Shown here: piece by piece, positions 20,001 through 29,159 of the stretch
Layout of the letters: each line of letters begins with the position of its first letter
How positions within the stretch are numbered: position 1 is the first letter of the stretch
Assembly: GCA_965213675.1 (NCBI GenBank)
Contig: OZ243916.1
Span: 480,001 to 544,000, forward strand
DNA: 64,000 nt
Reading direction: 5' to 3'
Origin: an uncultured Candidatus Binatia bacterium
GTDB lineage: Bacteria > Desulfobacterota > Binatia > UBA9968 > JAJDTQ01
Notes under the pieces: generated by a model
Told to the model about the DNA's origin: nothing
The model's input: the letters and a program-made list of their open reading frames with translations, nothing else
Database searches by the model: none
Made by a program: the position numbers and the translations under genes

Positions 20001-22315
20001 TGGGGATCGCCTGGCTTGCCGTGCACGATCCCGAGCGCCGCCTGTCGGTACGCTTCGATGCCCCCAAGACCGCGCCCTCGGGCCAGACGCTGCGCGTGCC
20101 TTTCCAGGTGACCCGCGGCACGGGACTTCCCGCGCAAGCCCGGGTCACGGTGGCGGCGGTGGACGAGGGCATCCTCCAATTGACATCCTTCGAGCCGCCG
20201 GATCCCGCCGCGGTGGTGTTCGGCAAGCACTTCCTGAACGTGGAGATGCGGGACCTCTACGGCCGGCTCATCGACACGCGTGGGGGCCCCAAGCGCGCGT
20301 ATCGGTCCGGCGGTGACGGCGGCCGGCTGTTCGGCGGGGTTCAGCCGCCGCAAAAGACGGTGGCCCTCTACCACGGTCTCATGCGCACCGATGCGCAGGG
20401 ACGGGGCGAGGTTTCACTGGTGGTCCCCGCGGGCTTCAGCGGCCGCCTGCGCCTGATGGCGGTGGCGCACACGAAGGACGCCCTGGGGCACGGACACGGC
20501 CGGGTGGTCATCCGCGACCCGCTCACCGCGAACCTTTATTTGCCCCGCTTTCTGGCGCCCGGGGACCACGCCCACGTGACCCTGGAAATGGTCAATCACG
20601 ACGCTCCCGAAGGCGGATATACGCCGACACTGACGGCGGGCGGGGCGGTGACGGTGAGCCGGGCGCCCACGGATACCGTGCCCCTGGCGCCGGCGAAGCG
20701 GTGGTCCACGCCCGTGACACTTGCAGCCGGAGAGCCGGGGGAAGCGGTGCTGCGCCTCGCCGTCGCCGGCCCCGGCGGTATCCGGATGGAACGAACCTGG
20801 ACCCTTGACGTGCGTCCGGCCCAAGCCTGGCGGCAAACGCGCCGCACCGTGACCCTGGAGCCCGGCGGGAGCGTCAAGCTCACGAAGGACCTGCTGGAGG
20901 GTCTGTACCCCGTGGACGCCCGGGTCTCGGCGAGCGTGTCGCCGGTTCCCTATGACGTGCGCGGTGTGCTGGCGTCCCTCCAGCGGTATCCCTACGGCTG
21001 CACGGAACAGACCATCAGCCAGGCGTTGCCGTTTCTCTACGCCGGGGAAACGGGACGGGGCGCCGCCTGGGACGCGGGGCTGAGCGATCAGGTTCAGGGG
21101 GCGGTGCGCAGGGTGCTCGCGCGCCAGACCGAGGCCGGCGGCTTCGGCCTGTGGAGCGCGCGCGATGACTCGGAGCCGTGGGTTTCGGCCTATGCCCTGG
21201 ACTTCCTGGACCGGGCTCGGGCCAAAGGGTACGAGGTGGACGCCGGGGCGCTGCGGCGGGCGCGGAGCTACATTGCCGGCCTGCCCGAACGGCGTCGTCC
21301 GTCGGACGAGGCGTGGGAGGCCTACGCTTACGGCCTGGCGGTGTTGGCCCGCTCGAATGCGGTGGCGCCCGGCACGGTGCGCCGCTTCATCGACAACGGC
21401 CTCGACAAAGTCAAGAGCGGCCTGGGCCGGGCGCAGTTGGCGCTTGCCGCTGCCTCCTTCGGCTTGGCCGAGAGCGCGCAGACCGCATTTGCCGGCGTGG
21501 TCCCGGCCCTTGGCGGCAACGCCTATCTCACGTATGGTAGCGCCCTCCGCGACGCCGCCGCACTGGTAGCGGCGGCGTCCGTGGTGGAGCCGGCCGGGTT
21601 GGAGGAAGCGGCCGCACACCTCCGTCGCATTTCGGCCGGCTACGCCCGCGCCAGCACACAGGAACAGGCTTGGATGGCAATGGCCGCATGGGCGCTGACG
21701 CGGGCCGCGCCCGCGCTCACCGTGGACGGCGCGCCGGTGCGGACCGGAGATCGGGGCTTCCACCGCACCGTGGGCTCCCGCGAACTGGAAGGCGACGGGG
21801 TCACCCTCGGCAACCCCGGAGACCGGCCGGTGAGGCTTGTCATCACTGTGGAGGGGCACCCGATGGCCGAGGAACCCCCGCACGCCAACGGCGTCGGCAT
21901 GATGCGGACCTTCGCGACGCCGGCCGGCGTTCCCGCCGAACTGGACGCGGTGAGGCAGGGAGATGCATTGATCGTGTTGCTGGAAGGCGGACTGCCGGAA
22001 GGTGCGACGGCCCGGCGCCTGCTCGTAGCCGATCTCTTGCCCGCGGGACTGGAAATCGAGGCCGCCATCCTCGGCGACAACAAGGAATACGAACGGATTT
22101 TCTGGGAGATGGACTGGCCCGACGCCTTGAGGCTGCGCGACGACCGCTACGTGGCGGCGGTGAACCGCAAGGGCGGCCAGAGCTTCGTGCTGGCTTACGT
22201 GGTGCGCGCGGTGACCCCCGGCACCTTCCACGTGCCGGGGTCGTATATCGAGGACATGTACGACCCCGCCGTGCACGCGCGCGGCTACATGCAGCGCATG
22301 ACCATACGGCGTTAG
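17054..22315 (+). CDS. yfhM: Bacterial alpha-2-macroglobulin
   Basis: About 1750 aa; signal peptide, YTDRGIYRPGE, AAVDEGIL, thioester YPYGCTEQ, RAVTPG...EDMY; followed by pbpC. Confidence 0.95.
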   Translation: MTYTRSVRSLLTWLVLGVLLGGADALAQGRADAAFPDYRHTDMERRLRTDAALPRRPSAAKVLAAQARAKAAVRTRREVELTQAARDLVFHAQDAATGWSKAAAAWAGLSRSWRVHHRDLKRAEASWMLRREAERRAYAALAESAYSLYAAYRSTSDTVRAGRLLIAFGNVQDTREHYVSAELALSAGLGVREDAGAAKRLARIRAEQGFRIAGVREDGDREDPRICLAMSAAVAARHRRHIEDYIVLEPDRGDHPMALRDATVCIGNVERGANYTVAVREGLRDVDGRTVVPGRRTVKVPDRPGSIRFSRGRYVLPAAGSAGLPMTTVNVDRVSLTALRITDGNLVEQVMEQRLGRDLDGYDLRRIAEESGEHLWQGILPIEGARNREVLTHVTLDFLGPERKPGVYVLAATNPDVAYRFYQDRAVQWFVVSDIGLVAMRGADGLSVFARSLATAEPLAGVKLSLQARNEDILGNLDTDVHGRATFAAGLLRGTGGRKAVLLRARAGHGDHTFLSLDRPGFDLSDRGVGGRAAPGPVQAWLYTDRGIYRPGETVHLTALVRDDEGRAIADLPLELAVVRPDGVQARAYPVRSDHTGAIPADHRVSDNAVTGAWRFLLRVPGDAALVGTRSVQVQDFVPPRVEVALKAPESLDGRTPAQVTVSARFLYGAPAAGLRAQGRVQVEVAPEPFAGWSGYRFGPVEDVPLPARSDLPEARTGEDGTATLPLQLPAVVEGGHPLRVRVDAGVLDRGGRAVGATVVLPVRDDRKRIAIRPRSKGTVAVGQAAVFDVAVVDGAGASVSRGDLTWRLYREEREWFQYMRTGGEWAYREVAMDTTVDGGTVATRAGTMEPARITVAPDWGSYRLEVTDPGDAGAFRASVRFRVGWSGPRGSPDIPDMMTVRLDRPRYAPGDTATVRLESPFDGNAIVTVLTDRVAQTHVVRIAAGRATLAIPVERWTAGAYVAATAFRPAPPDAAQGPGRAVGIAWLAVHDPERRLSVRFDAPKTAPSGQTLRVPFQVTRGTGLPAQARVTVAAVDEGILQLTSFEPPDPAAVVFGKHFLNVEMRDLYGRLIDTRGGPKRAYRSGGDGGRLFGGVQPPQKTVALYHGLMRTDAQGRGEVSLVVPAGFSGRLRLMAVAHTKDALGHGHGRVVIRDPLTANLYLPRFLAPGDHAHVTLEMVNHDAPEGGYTPTLTAGGAVTVSRAPTDTVPLAPAKRWSTPVTLAAGEPGEAVLRLAVAGPGGIRMERTWTLDVRPAQAWRQTRRTVTLEPGGSVKLTKDLLEGLYPVDARVSASVSPVPYDVRGVLASLQRYPYGCTEQTISQALPFLYAGETGRGAAWDAGLSDQVQGAVRRVLARQTEAGGFGLWSARDDSEPWVSAYALDFLDRARAKGYEVDAGALRRARSYIAGLPERRRPSDEAWEAYAYGLAVLARSNAVAPGTVRRFIDNGLDKVKSGLGRAQLALAAASFGLAESAQTAFAGVVPALGGNAYLTYGSALRDAAALVAAASVVEPAGLEEAAAHLRRISAGYARASTQEQAWMAMAAWALTRAAPALTVDGAPVRTGDRGFHRTVGSRELEGDGVTLGNPGDRPVRLVITVEGHPMAEEPPHANGVGMMRTFATPAGVPAELDAVRQGDALIVLLEGGLPEGATARRLLVADLLPAGLEIEAAILGDNKEYERIFWEMDWPDALRLRDDRYVAAVNRKGGQSFVLAYVVRAVTPGTFHVPGSYIEDMYDPAVHARGYMQRMTIRR

Positions 22316-22330
22316 GAACACCCGGAGACA

Positions 22331-24367
22331 ATGAATCGTCGCCGGCGAACGGTACTGGCGGGACTCGCCCTGGCGGTGGCTGCGGCGTGGGCTCTTGACC
22401 GGTTTCTCCCGTTGTCCGTGGCGAAGGTCGGGGACGTTTCCCGGGTATTGCTCGCAGGGGACGGCGCCGCCTTGCGCGTCACCCGGACCCGGGACGACAA
22501 GATCCGCCTGCCGGTACGATTGGCCGACGTGGACCCGCGTTTCCTGCGGATGCTCCTGGCGTACGAGGATCGGCGGTTTGCATGGCATCCGGGGGTCGAT
22601 CCTCTGGCGCTCGTCCGAGCACTGGGCCAGTGGGTTGTCTCAGGACAGGTGGTTTCAGGAGCTTCCACCCTGACCATGCAGGTGGTGCGCCTGCTCGAAC
22701 CGCGGCCGCGCACCCTCGCGGCCAAGCTCCTGGAGATGCTGCGGGCCCTGCAACTCGAAGCCCACCTGTCCAAGGACGAAATCCTGGAGCATTATCTGAC
22801 GTTGGCTCCCTATGGCGCCAATCTGGAAGGGATCCGGGCTGCCTCGCTGGCCTGGCTGGGCAAGGAGCCGGCGAATCTCACCGACGCCGAGGCCGCGCTC
22901 CTTGTGGTGTTGCCCCAAGCCCCGGGCCGTCTCCGTCCGGATCGGTACCCGGAGCGCGCCCGCGCCGCCCGCGACAAGGTCCTGCGGCGCGCCGCGGCAC
23001 TGGGCCTCCTCACCCGCCGGGAAGTGGCGCTGGGGCAGCGCGACGATGTCCCCGCACGCCGCCGGCCGTTGCCCTTCCATGCCGTCCACCTGGCCGACCG
23101 CCTGCTTGCGGATCCCCCGGGCGCCAGCGTGCGCACGACCCTCGATGCCTCGCTTCAGATTCGCGCGGAGGCGCTGGCGGCGGCGTACGCGGCCAGCGCG
23201 GGTCCCCGGACCGGCGCGGCCGTGCTGGTGGTGGAGCATCGCGCAGCCATGGCCGCGCGTGCCTGGGTGGGCGGTCCGGACTATCTTTCGCGACCGCGGC
23301 TGGGCGCGGTGGATATGGTGCGGGCGATACGCTCGCCGGGCTCGGCCTTGAAGCCTTTTGTTTACGGCATGGCCTTCGACCGCGCCATCGCGCATCCCGA
23401 TACACGGATCCTGGACGCGTTCCGCCGCTTCGGCAACTACGCCCCGAACAACTTCGACGGGCGGTATCGCGGAGCGGTGAGCGCCGCCGACGCCCTGCGC
23501 CTGTCGCTCAACGTCCCCGCGGTGGCGGTGATGGATCGGCTCGGGCCGCGCCGTTTCGCCCACGCCCTGGCTGTCGCCGGAATTGCGCTGACCATGCCAT
23601 CTGGCGAACGGCCCGGCCTGGCGGTGACTCTGGGAGGCGCCGGCGTGACGCTGGAGCAACTCGTCACGCTCTACAGCGCCCTGGGCTCGGACGGACGGGT
23701 ACGGCCGGTGCGTGTGCGCCCGGAAGCCGTTGCGCCGGAGGCGGCGGCGTTTCTCGATGCCGGCACCGCCCGCACCGTGGCCGCGATCCTCGAGGACGCG
23801 CCGCCGCCCCGTGGCCTGGCGCCGGCGCATGTCCTTGCGGAAACATCGGGGTTCGCGGCCAAGACCGGCACTTCCTTCGGCTTCCGCGACGCCTGGGCTC
23901 TCGGCGTGGATGGACGTTATGCGGTGGGGGTGTGGATCGGCCGGGTGGACGGCACGCCACGGCCGGGACGGTTGGGACGGGACGAGGCGCTGCCCTTGCT
24001 CCACGCCGTGTTCGGCCTGCTCCCGCCCGATCCCCACCGCCGGCTGCGGAAGCCGCTCCGGCCCCTGTCCGAGCCCGCGCCGCCCGCACTCCGGTACCTT
24101 GACCGCGCCGCCGGACCTGCCGGCCGCAGGGTTGCGAAGCTGGCACTGGACTTTCCGCCCGACGGCGCCACGCTGAGCCTCTCGCGCCGGGGGCGCTTCC
24201 GGCCCTTGCCGCTCAAGGCCAAGGGCGGCGCCAGCCCGGTGCGCTGGCTCGTCAACGGGCGTCCCTTGAAGGACGCGGTGTGGCGCCCCGACGGCCCGGG
24301 CGCCGCCACCATCACCGCGCTGGATGCCGGTGGACAGTGGGCGCGCGCGACCGTATGGGTGGAGTAG
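22331..24367 (+). CDS. pbpC: Penicillin-binding protein 1C
   Basis: Transglycosylase EDRRF..H.GVD and GASTLTMQ; transpeptidase SALK, SLN and KTG; BiPBP C-terminal domain. Confidence 0.95.
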   Translation: MNRRRRTVLAGLALAVAAAWALDRFLPLSVAKVGDVSRVLLAGDGAALRVTRTRDDKIRLPVRLADVDPRFLRMLLAYEDRRFAWHPGVDPLALVRALGQWVVSGQVVSGASTLTMQVVRLLEPRPRTLAAKLLEMLRALQLEAHLSKDEILEHYLTLAPYGANLEGIRAASLAWLGKEPANLTDAEAALLVVLPQAPGRLRPDRYPERARAARDKVLRRAAALGLLTRREVALGQRDDVPARRRPLPFHAVHLADRLLADPPGASVRTTLDASLQIRAEALAAAYAASAGPRTGAAVLVVEHRAAMAARAWVGGPDYLSRPRLGAVDMVRAIRSPGSALKPFVYGMAFDRAIAHPDTRILDAFRRFGNYAPNNFDGRYRGAVSAADALRLSLNVPAVAVMDRLGPRRFAHALAVAGIALTMPSGERPGLAVTLGGAGVTLEQLVTLYSALGSDGRVRPVRVRPEAVAPEAAAFLDAGTARTVAAILEDAPPPRGLAPAHVLAETSGFAAKTGTSFGFRDAWALGVDGRYAVGVWIGRVDGTPRPGRLGRDEALPLLHAVFGLLPPDPHRRLRKPLRPLSEPAPPALRYLDRAAGPAGRRVAKLALDFPPDGATLSLSRRGRFRPLPLKAKGGASPVRWLVNGRPLKDAVWRPDGPGAATITALDAGGQWARATVWVE

Positions 24368-24477
24368 CGCAGGAGGAGCCGGCAAATCAGTGTCGGCGCA
24401 CGTCAGCCGGGCTTTATTGCCTTCGGTTCGACGATCGTCTACGCTGCGCTGGGTGGCGGGATTTGGGAGCCTGTTTC

Positions 24478-25686
24478 GTGAAGTTGTTTCGACGTTTCCC
24501 GTCGGCGCGATGGCGCCGCCCGCGAAGGAGCCCACGGACTTGGGCCGCGGGCGCGTGTCTCCGGCTGCTGGTGGTGGGGTCCGCGCTGGCGCTGGCGGGC
24601 GGTTGCGACCCCCAGCGGGGCGGTCCCGCGCCCGTGACCGTGGAAGTCATCGCGGACGATCTGGACCCGCGCTCCCTGCGCGGAGCCGTGGCGGAGAGCC
24701 TGCGCGCCCTTCGCCCGGTGCCGGGGGAGGAGCGGCTGGGGGAGTGGCCTCAAGCGGTGACCGCGGCGGACCTGCGGTTGTCCCTGACCGATTTCCTGGA
24801 GATCCTGGACCGGGCCGAGTCCACGGACCCGTCGTGGCTGGATCGGGTCGCGGAGCGGTTCGAGTTCTATCCCGCCCCGGTGGAGCTACCCGAAACCCCG
24901 GTTCTGGTGACCGGCTACTACCGGCCGGTGATCCATGCGAGTCCCGTGCGCACGGAGGAATTCCGGTACCCGGTGTACCGGGTGCCGGTGACTCCGGGCG
25001 CAGGCGCCGGAGGAACGGCGGGGACTGCGCCGGTTTATCCGTCGCGCCACGAAATCGACGTATTGGGAGTGCTCGACGGCAAGGGCTACGAGATCGCGTG
25101 GCTGCGCGATCCGGTGGAGCGCTTCTTCCTCCACATCCAGGGTTCGGGGCTCCTGCGCATGACCGACGGACGCGAGTTGGCGCTCAACTTCGCGGCTTCC
25201 AATGGACGGCCCTACACCAGCATCGGCAAGGTGCTCATCGACCAGGGCCGGCTTGATCGCGAGTCCATGTCGATGCAGCGCATTCGCGCGTGGCTGGCCG
25301 AGTTCCCGGAGGAGCGCGAGGGGTTGTTCGCGCGCAACGAGCGCTACATTTTTTTTCGCTTGGGCGAGAACGGGCCGTTCGGGAGCCTCGGGGCGGCGCT
25401 GACCGCGGGACGCTCCGTGGCCACGGACCCCGCCGTCTATCCCAAGGGGGCGGTGCTGTATGTCGAAACCCGGACGCCCGTGGTGGACGCAAGCGGCGCG
25501 CTGGCGGGGTGGCGTACGGTGCGGCGCTTCGTGGTCAACCAGGACAGCGGTGCGGCCATCCGCGGGCCGGGACGGGCGGACCTCTATTTCGGCGCCGGCG
25601 CCGCGGCCGGCGCGCAGGCCGGATACATGCAGAGCGAGGGCAGGCTCTATCTCTTGATGAAGCGGCGGCCGGCGCCCCTGGGCTGA
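24478..25686 (+). CDS. mltA: Membrane-bound lytic murein transglycosylase A
   Basis: Lipobox LALAGGC, TGYY.P, FFLHIQGSG, NERYIFF and QDSGAAIRGPGRADLYFG motifs. Start approximate. Confidence 0.92.
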   Translation: MKLFRRFPSARWRRPRRSPRTWAAGACLRLLVVGSALALAGGCDPQRGGPAPVTVEVIADDLDPRSLRGAVAESLRALRPVPGEERLGEWPQAVTAADLRLSLTDFLEILDRAESTDPSWLDRVAERFEFYPAPVELPETPVLVTGYYRPVIHASPVRTEEFRYPVYRVPVTPGAGAGGTAGTAPVYPSRHEIDVLGVLDGKGYEIAWLRDPVERFFLHIQGSGLLRMTDGRELALNFAASNGRPYTSIGKVLIDQGRLDRESMSMQRIRAWLAEFPEEREGLFARNERYIFFRLGENGPFGSLGAALTAGRSVATDPAVYPKGAVLYVETRTPVVDASGALAGWRTVRRFVVNQDSGAAIRGPGRADLYFGAGAAAGAQAGYMQSEGRLYLLMKRRPAPLG

Positions 25687-25723
25687 GGGGGCCGGGACTT
25701 TACCAACAGGACAGGAGGCAATC

Positions 25724-26818
25724 ATGGCATCGGTTTTGCTATTGGGTCCGGAGGACATGAGCGGACTCATCACCATGAAGGAGGCGGTGGACGCCATGGA
25801 ACAGGGGTACCTGGACTGGGCGAAGAACCGCGAGCTGGGAGCGCTCCGGCGCCGCGTCCACTCCGTGGACAACGCCCGGGTTACGGTGCACCAGGGCGCG
25901 CCCGATTCCGCGGGGGTGACGGGAATCCTGACCCACTGCGAACACGTGATGATCCACGACAACGGCATTCAGACCTACCAGACCCGCGGCCGTCCGGTGC
26001 GGGTGATGTTCGACGGCGCCAACGCGGAACTCAAGTGCATCACGGTGGGCGAGGTGCGGGTGGCGGAGCTGCCCGAGGCCAACAACGTGGTCAACGTTCA
26101 GACCGCCTGCTCCACGGCCGTGGGCATCAAGCACCTGGCGCGCCAGAGCTCTAGGGTGGTGGGGGTCTTGGGCTCCCGCGCCCAGGCGGAGTGCCAGTTG
26201 CTCGCCACCAAGGCGGTGGTGCCCGGCATCGAGGAAGCCAGGGTCTACAGCCCCAATCCGGAGAACCGCACGAAGTTCGCCGCCAGGATGACCGAGCTGC
26301 TGGACATGGAGGTGCGCCCGGTGGCCACCAACCGCGAAGCCATCCAGGGAGTGGATATCCTGTTGTCGGTGACCAACTCCAACGTGCCCACCTTCGACGG
26401 CGACTGGCTGGAACCGGGGGTGCACCTGTGCTCCATCGTCTCCAGCAACATCGGCCTCAAGCGCGGCGGCTTCATCCAGGTGAAGCGGCGCGAGGTGGAC
26501 GACAAGACGCTCCAGCGCTGCGACATCATCGTGTGCAACTCCAAGCGTCAGGAGATCCTGGACGAGCCCGGGGTGTTGTGGGATCCGGTGCAGCAGGGCG
26601 TCATTACCTGGGACGACGTGTGGGATCTGGGCGAGGTGCTCGCCGGACAGGTGCCGGGCCGCACCTCCGAGGAGCAGATCAGTTTCTACAAGAACAACGC
26701 CTTCTGGGGCGTGGGCGACCAAGTCATCGGCCGGTTGCTCTACGACCGCGCCGTGGAGAAGGGGCTCGGGACCGAACTGCCCATCGACGGCGCCGAGTAC
26801 CGGGAAACGGACGCGTAG
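25724..26818 (+). CDS. Ornithine cyclodeaminase/mu-crystallin family protein (second paralogue)
   Basis: Same fold pattern (VYSPNPENR, WLEPGVHL, LGEVLAGQVPGRTSEEQISFYK); strong RBS AGGAGG. Confidence 0.85.
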   Translation: MASVLLLGPEDMSGLITMKEAVDAMEQGYLDWAKNRELGALRRRVHSVDNARVTVHQGAPDSAGVTGILTHCEHVMIHDNGIQTYQTRGRPVRVMFDGANAELKCITVGEVRVAELPEANNVVNVQTACSTAVGIKHLARQSSRVVGVLGSRAQAECQLLATKAVVPGIEEARVYSPNPENRTKFAARMTELLDMEVRPVATNREAIQGVDILLSVTNSNVPTFDGDWLEPGVHLCSIVSSNIGLKRGGFIQVKRREVDDKTLQRCDIIVCNSKRQEILDEPGVLWDPVQQGVITWDDVWDLGEVLAGQVPGRTSEEQISFYKNNAFWGVGDQVIGRLLYDRAVEKGLGTELPIDGAEYRETDA

Positions 26819-26871
26819 CATCGCCGGGCGCCGGCGCGTCCCGGGCGCGTTTCAACGGCGCAGGCTCCTGG

Positions 26872-27028
26872 TGTTGCGTTCCGCAAATACGTTGACAAAT
26901 CTGCTTGTCGTTTTTGCCGTCGGCTGCGCTGCTCTTCCTCGGGTGGTGTCCGCCACTGCTCGTCATCGCGCCTTGCCGACAACAAAAACTTCTGCGCATC
27001 TTCGTCAACGTATTTTCGGAGCGCAACA
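26872..27028. repeat. 157-bp palindromic MITE-like element, copy A
   Basis: Terminal inverted repeats TGTTGCGTTCCGCAAATACGTTGAC / GTCAACGTATTTTCGGAGCGCAACA; core shared with 46298-46454. Confidence 0.85.
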
Positions 27029-27427
27029 CTACGTGGCGTTGTTCGTTCTTTCGACGATCTCGATGCGCACGTCGTCCGGCGCGCGCAGGAAAGCGATCCT
27101 CAGGCCGGGCCGCAGCAGCCGGGGTTGGGAGAAGAACTCGGCGCCGCGCTTGCGCAACTCCGCGGCGGCGGCCTCGAGGTCGTCCACCCGAAGTCCGAAA
27201 TGGTCGAGTCCCACGTAGGGGCGGTCCGGCGCGGACGGAATATCCTGGTCGGGCTGCGCCCTGGCGATGCAGATGGTCATGCCGTCGATGTCGACATCGA
27301 CCCGCGGGCGCCCGTCCGTCTGAACGGTCTCGACGATCTTCGCGTCGAACATGTCGTGATAATACCGCGCCGTGGCCTCGGGGTCCCGGCTCCTGAGGTG
27401 GATGTGGTCCTGTCTGTACCTGGCCAT
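27029..27427 (-). CDS. VOC/glyoxalase family protein
   Basis: DHIHL...GLDHFGLRVDDL...FLRAPDDVRIEIVE metal-binding pattern; RBS GAGGAGG. Confidence 0.9.
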   Translation of the reverse strand: MARYRQDHIHLRSRDPEATARYYHDMFDAKIVETVQTDGRPRVDVDIDGMTICIARAQPDQDIPSAPDRPYVGLDHFGLRVDDLEAAAAELRKRGAEFFSQPRLLRPGLRIAFLRAPDDVRIEIVERTNNAT

Positions 27428-27565
27428 GAGCGTCCTCCTCGTCCCGTCCCGCCAGCGGTCCGCTGCGTCCCGCGGGCGACTCGTATCGTACCGGCCAACC
27501 GGCCATACATCAATGCGTGTCAAGGCACGTGACCCAGGCCGGCGGGGAGCAGGTACGTTTTGCCC

Positions 27566-27674
27566 CCTGGATTCCCGGTTTCGCGGGAATCTTCCGTGCC
27601 GGGTGGAGCCGACACACGCGGGGACGGAAAACCGCCCCACGGATGTGTCATTCCCGCGGAAGCGGGAATCCAGG
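27566..27674. repeat. Inverted pair of REP-like units (ATTCCCG-N6-CGGGAAT)
   Basis: CCTGGATTCCCGGTTTCGCGGGAAT and GTCATTCCCGCGGAAGCGGGAATCCAGG in opposite orientation. Confidence 0.8.
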
Positions 27675-27716
27675 CGGGGATGCGTTGAGTTCACATGGCG
27701 AGGAGGTCCACGACCA

Positions 27717-28940
27717 TCAGCTTGTCCCTGGCGTTTCCGTCCGTTCCCCCGACCGCCATGCCAGCGGCGCCATCAGGCCCACGCTGGCGAAGGACACGAT
27801 GGCCATGGCCTGGAAGAGGGTGGACATTTCGGTGAATCCCAGCAGTACGCCGATGCCGGACACACCGGCGGTCTTGGCGATCTGTTGGCTCAGGCGGTCG
27901 AGGGCGATGACCCCGCCGCGCAACTCCAGCGGCGCGTTCTGCGTCAGCAGGCTCTTCTGCATGGGTGAGATGATGCCGTTGGCGAGGCCGTAAAGCACCA
28001 GCGCCGGGACCAGGATGCCGGCGCCGGAGGCAAAGGACACGGCCATCAGCGCGAGGCCGCTGACCACGAAGGCGCCCAGCACCAGCCGTCCCTTGTCCCA
28101 TGCGCGCGCCAGCCGGCCGGCCTGACTCGACGTGACCATGGCGCCCAATGCGTGGAAGGAGCGCAGCAGGCCCGCCCCCGCGGTGGAGTATCCGTGGGCG
28201 CGCACCAGATACAGCGGCAGGTAGGTAAAGAAAGCGTAGTCCAGGAAGAACCGCAGGAAGCCGGCGGCGAAGGCCAGCAGCAGGCGCGCGTCGCGCACCA
28301 CCCGGGCCACGTCCTTGAGATACTGGCGCGCCGACGCGGGCGCCTTGCCGCGGGTCTCCGGCATCCACGCCCAGGCGAGCACGGCCAGGGGGAGGGCGGC
28401 GGCGTAGACGAGGAAGGGCCAGCGCCATCCCACCAGCGCCAACGCGCCGCCCAGGGGCGGCAGCACCACCTCACCCACCCGGTCGATGAAGACCTTCAAC
28501 CCCTGGCCCGACACCTCCCGGCGGCCTTCCAGCAGGTCGCCAATGAGTACGATGGTGAGGGGAATCACGGCGCTGAAGCCGACGCCTTGAAGGGCACGCA
28601 GCGCCAGCACCCAACCGAACCCCGGCGCCAACGCCACCGCGGCGCCGGCCGCGCCGAACAGCAGCAGCCCGCCCACCAGCAGCGGGCGCCTGCCGTAACG
28701 GTCGGCAACGACGCCGAGAAGGGGGGCCAGCACGATGGCCGGGGCGGTGTAGACCGCGATGACGAGGCCGGCCTCGGCGTCGGTGATGCCGAAGGGCTCG
28801 ATCATGACCGGGAGAACCTGCTGGACGAGGTTCACGCCCATGATCACCAGCAGGCTCGAGGCGTAGACGAGCCCCAGGGAACGCCGCAGGTCGGCGGGAA
28901 GCTCGCCCAAGTCGAACAGGGAAGTGGCGGAGAATCGCAT
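27717..28940 (-). CDS. MFS transporter (DHA1-like)
   Basis: Motif A GVVADRYGRRP; about 12 hydrophobic segments. Confidence 0.9.
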   Translation of the reverse strand: MRFSATSLFDLGELPADLRRSLGLVYASSLLVIMGVNLVQQVLPVMIEPFGITDAEAGLVIAVYTAPAIVLAPLLGVVADRYGRRPLLVGGLLLFGAAGAAVALAPGFGWVLALRALQGVGFSAVIPLTIVLIGDLLEGRREVSGQGLKVFIDRVGEVVLPPLGGALALVGWRWPFLVYAAALPLAVLAWAWMPETRGKAPASARQYLKDVARVVRDARLLLAFAAGFLRFFLDYAFFTYLPLYLVRAHGYSTAGAGLLRSFHALGAMVTSSQAGRLARAWDKGRLVLGAFVVSGLALMAVSFASGAGILVPALVLYGLANGIISPMQKSLLTQNAPLELRGGVIALDRLSQQIAKTAGVSGIGVLLGFTEMSTLFQAMAIVSFASVGLMAPLAWRSGERTETPGTS

Positions 28941-29159
28941 CGGGCCCCTCGCTTACTGTCCTTACGCGCAAATGGCCCTGGCCCGCAAACCTGCGTTGCG
29001 GGCGGATGCCACCAAGAGTCCGTTTTCTTGTCAGTCCCGGAGCCCGTCTTGTGACAGTCCCGCATCCTTGCCGGTGACGGGAAATCCTGTGCATATTACA
29101 GGCATGGGTTTCCATTCCACACGGCCGGTTGTGACGACGGTGCGGCACGGGGCGCTGGC

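Noticed and set aside
29050-29066. TGTGA half-site as a CRP/FNR box
   Set aside because: The second half-site is a poor match.
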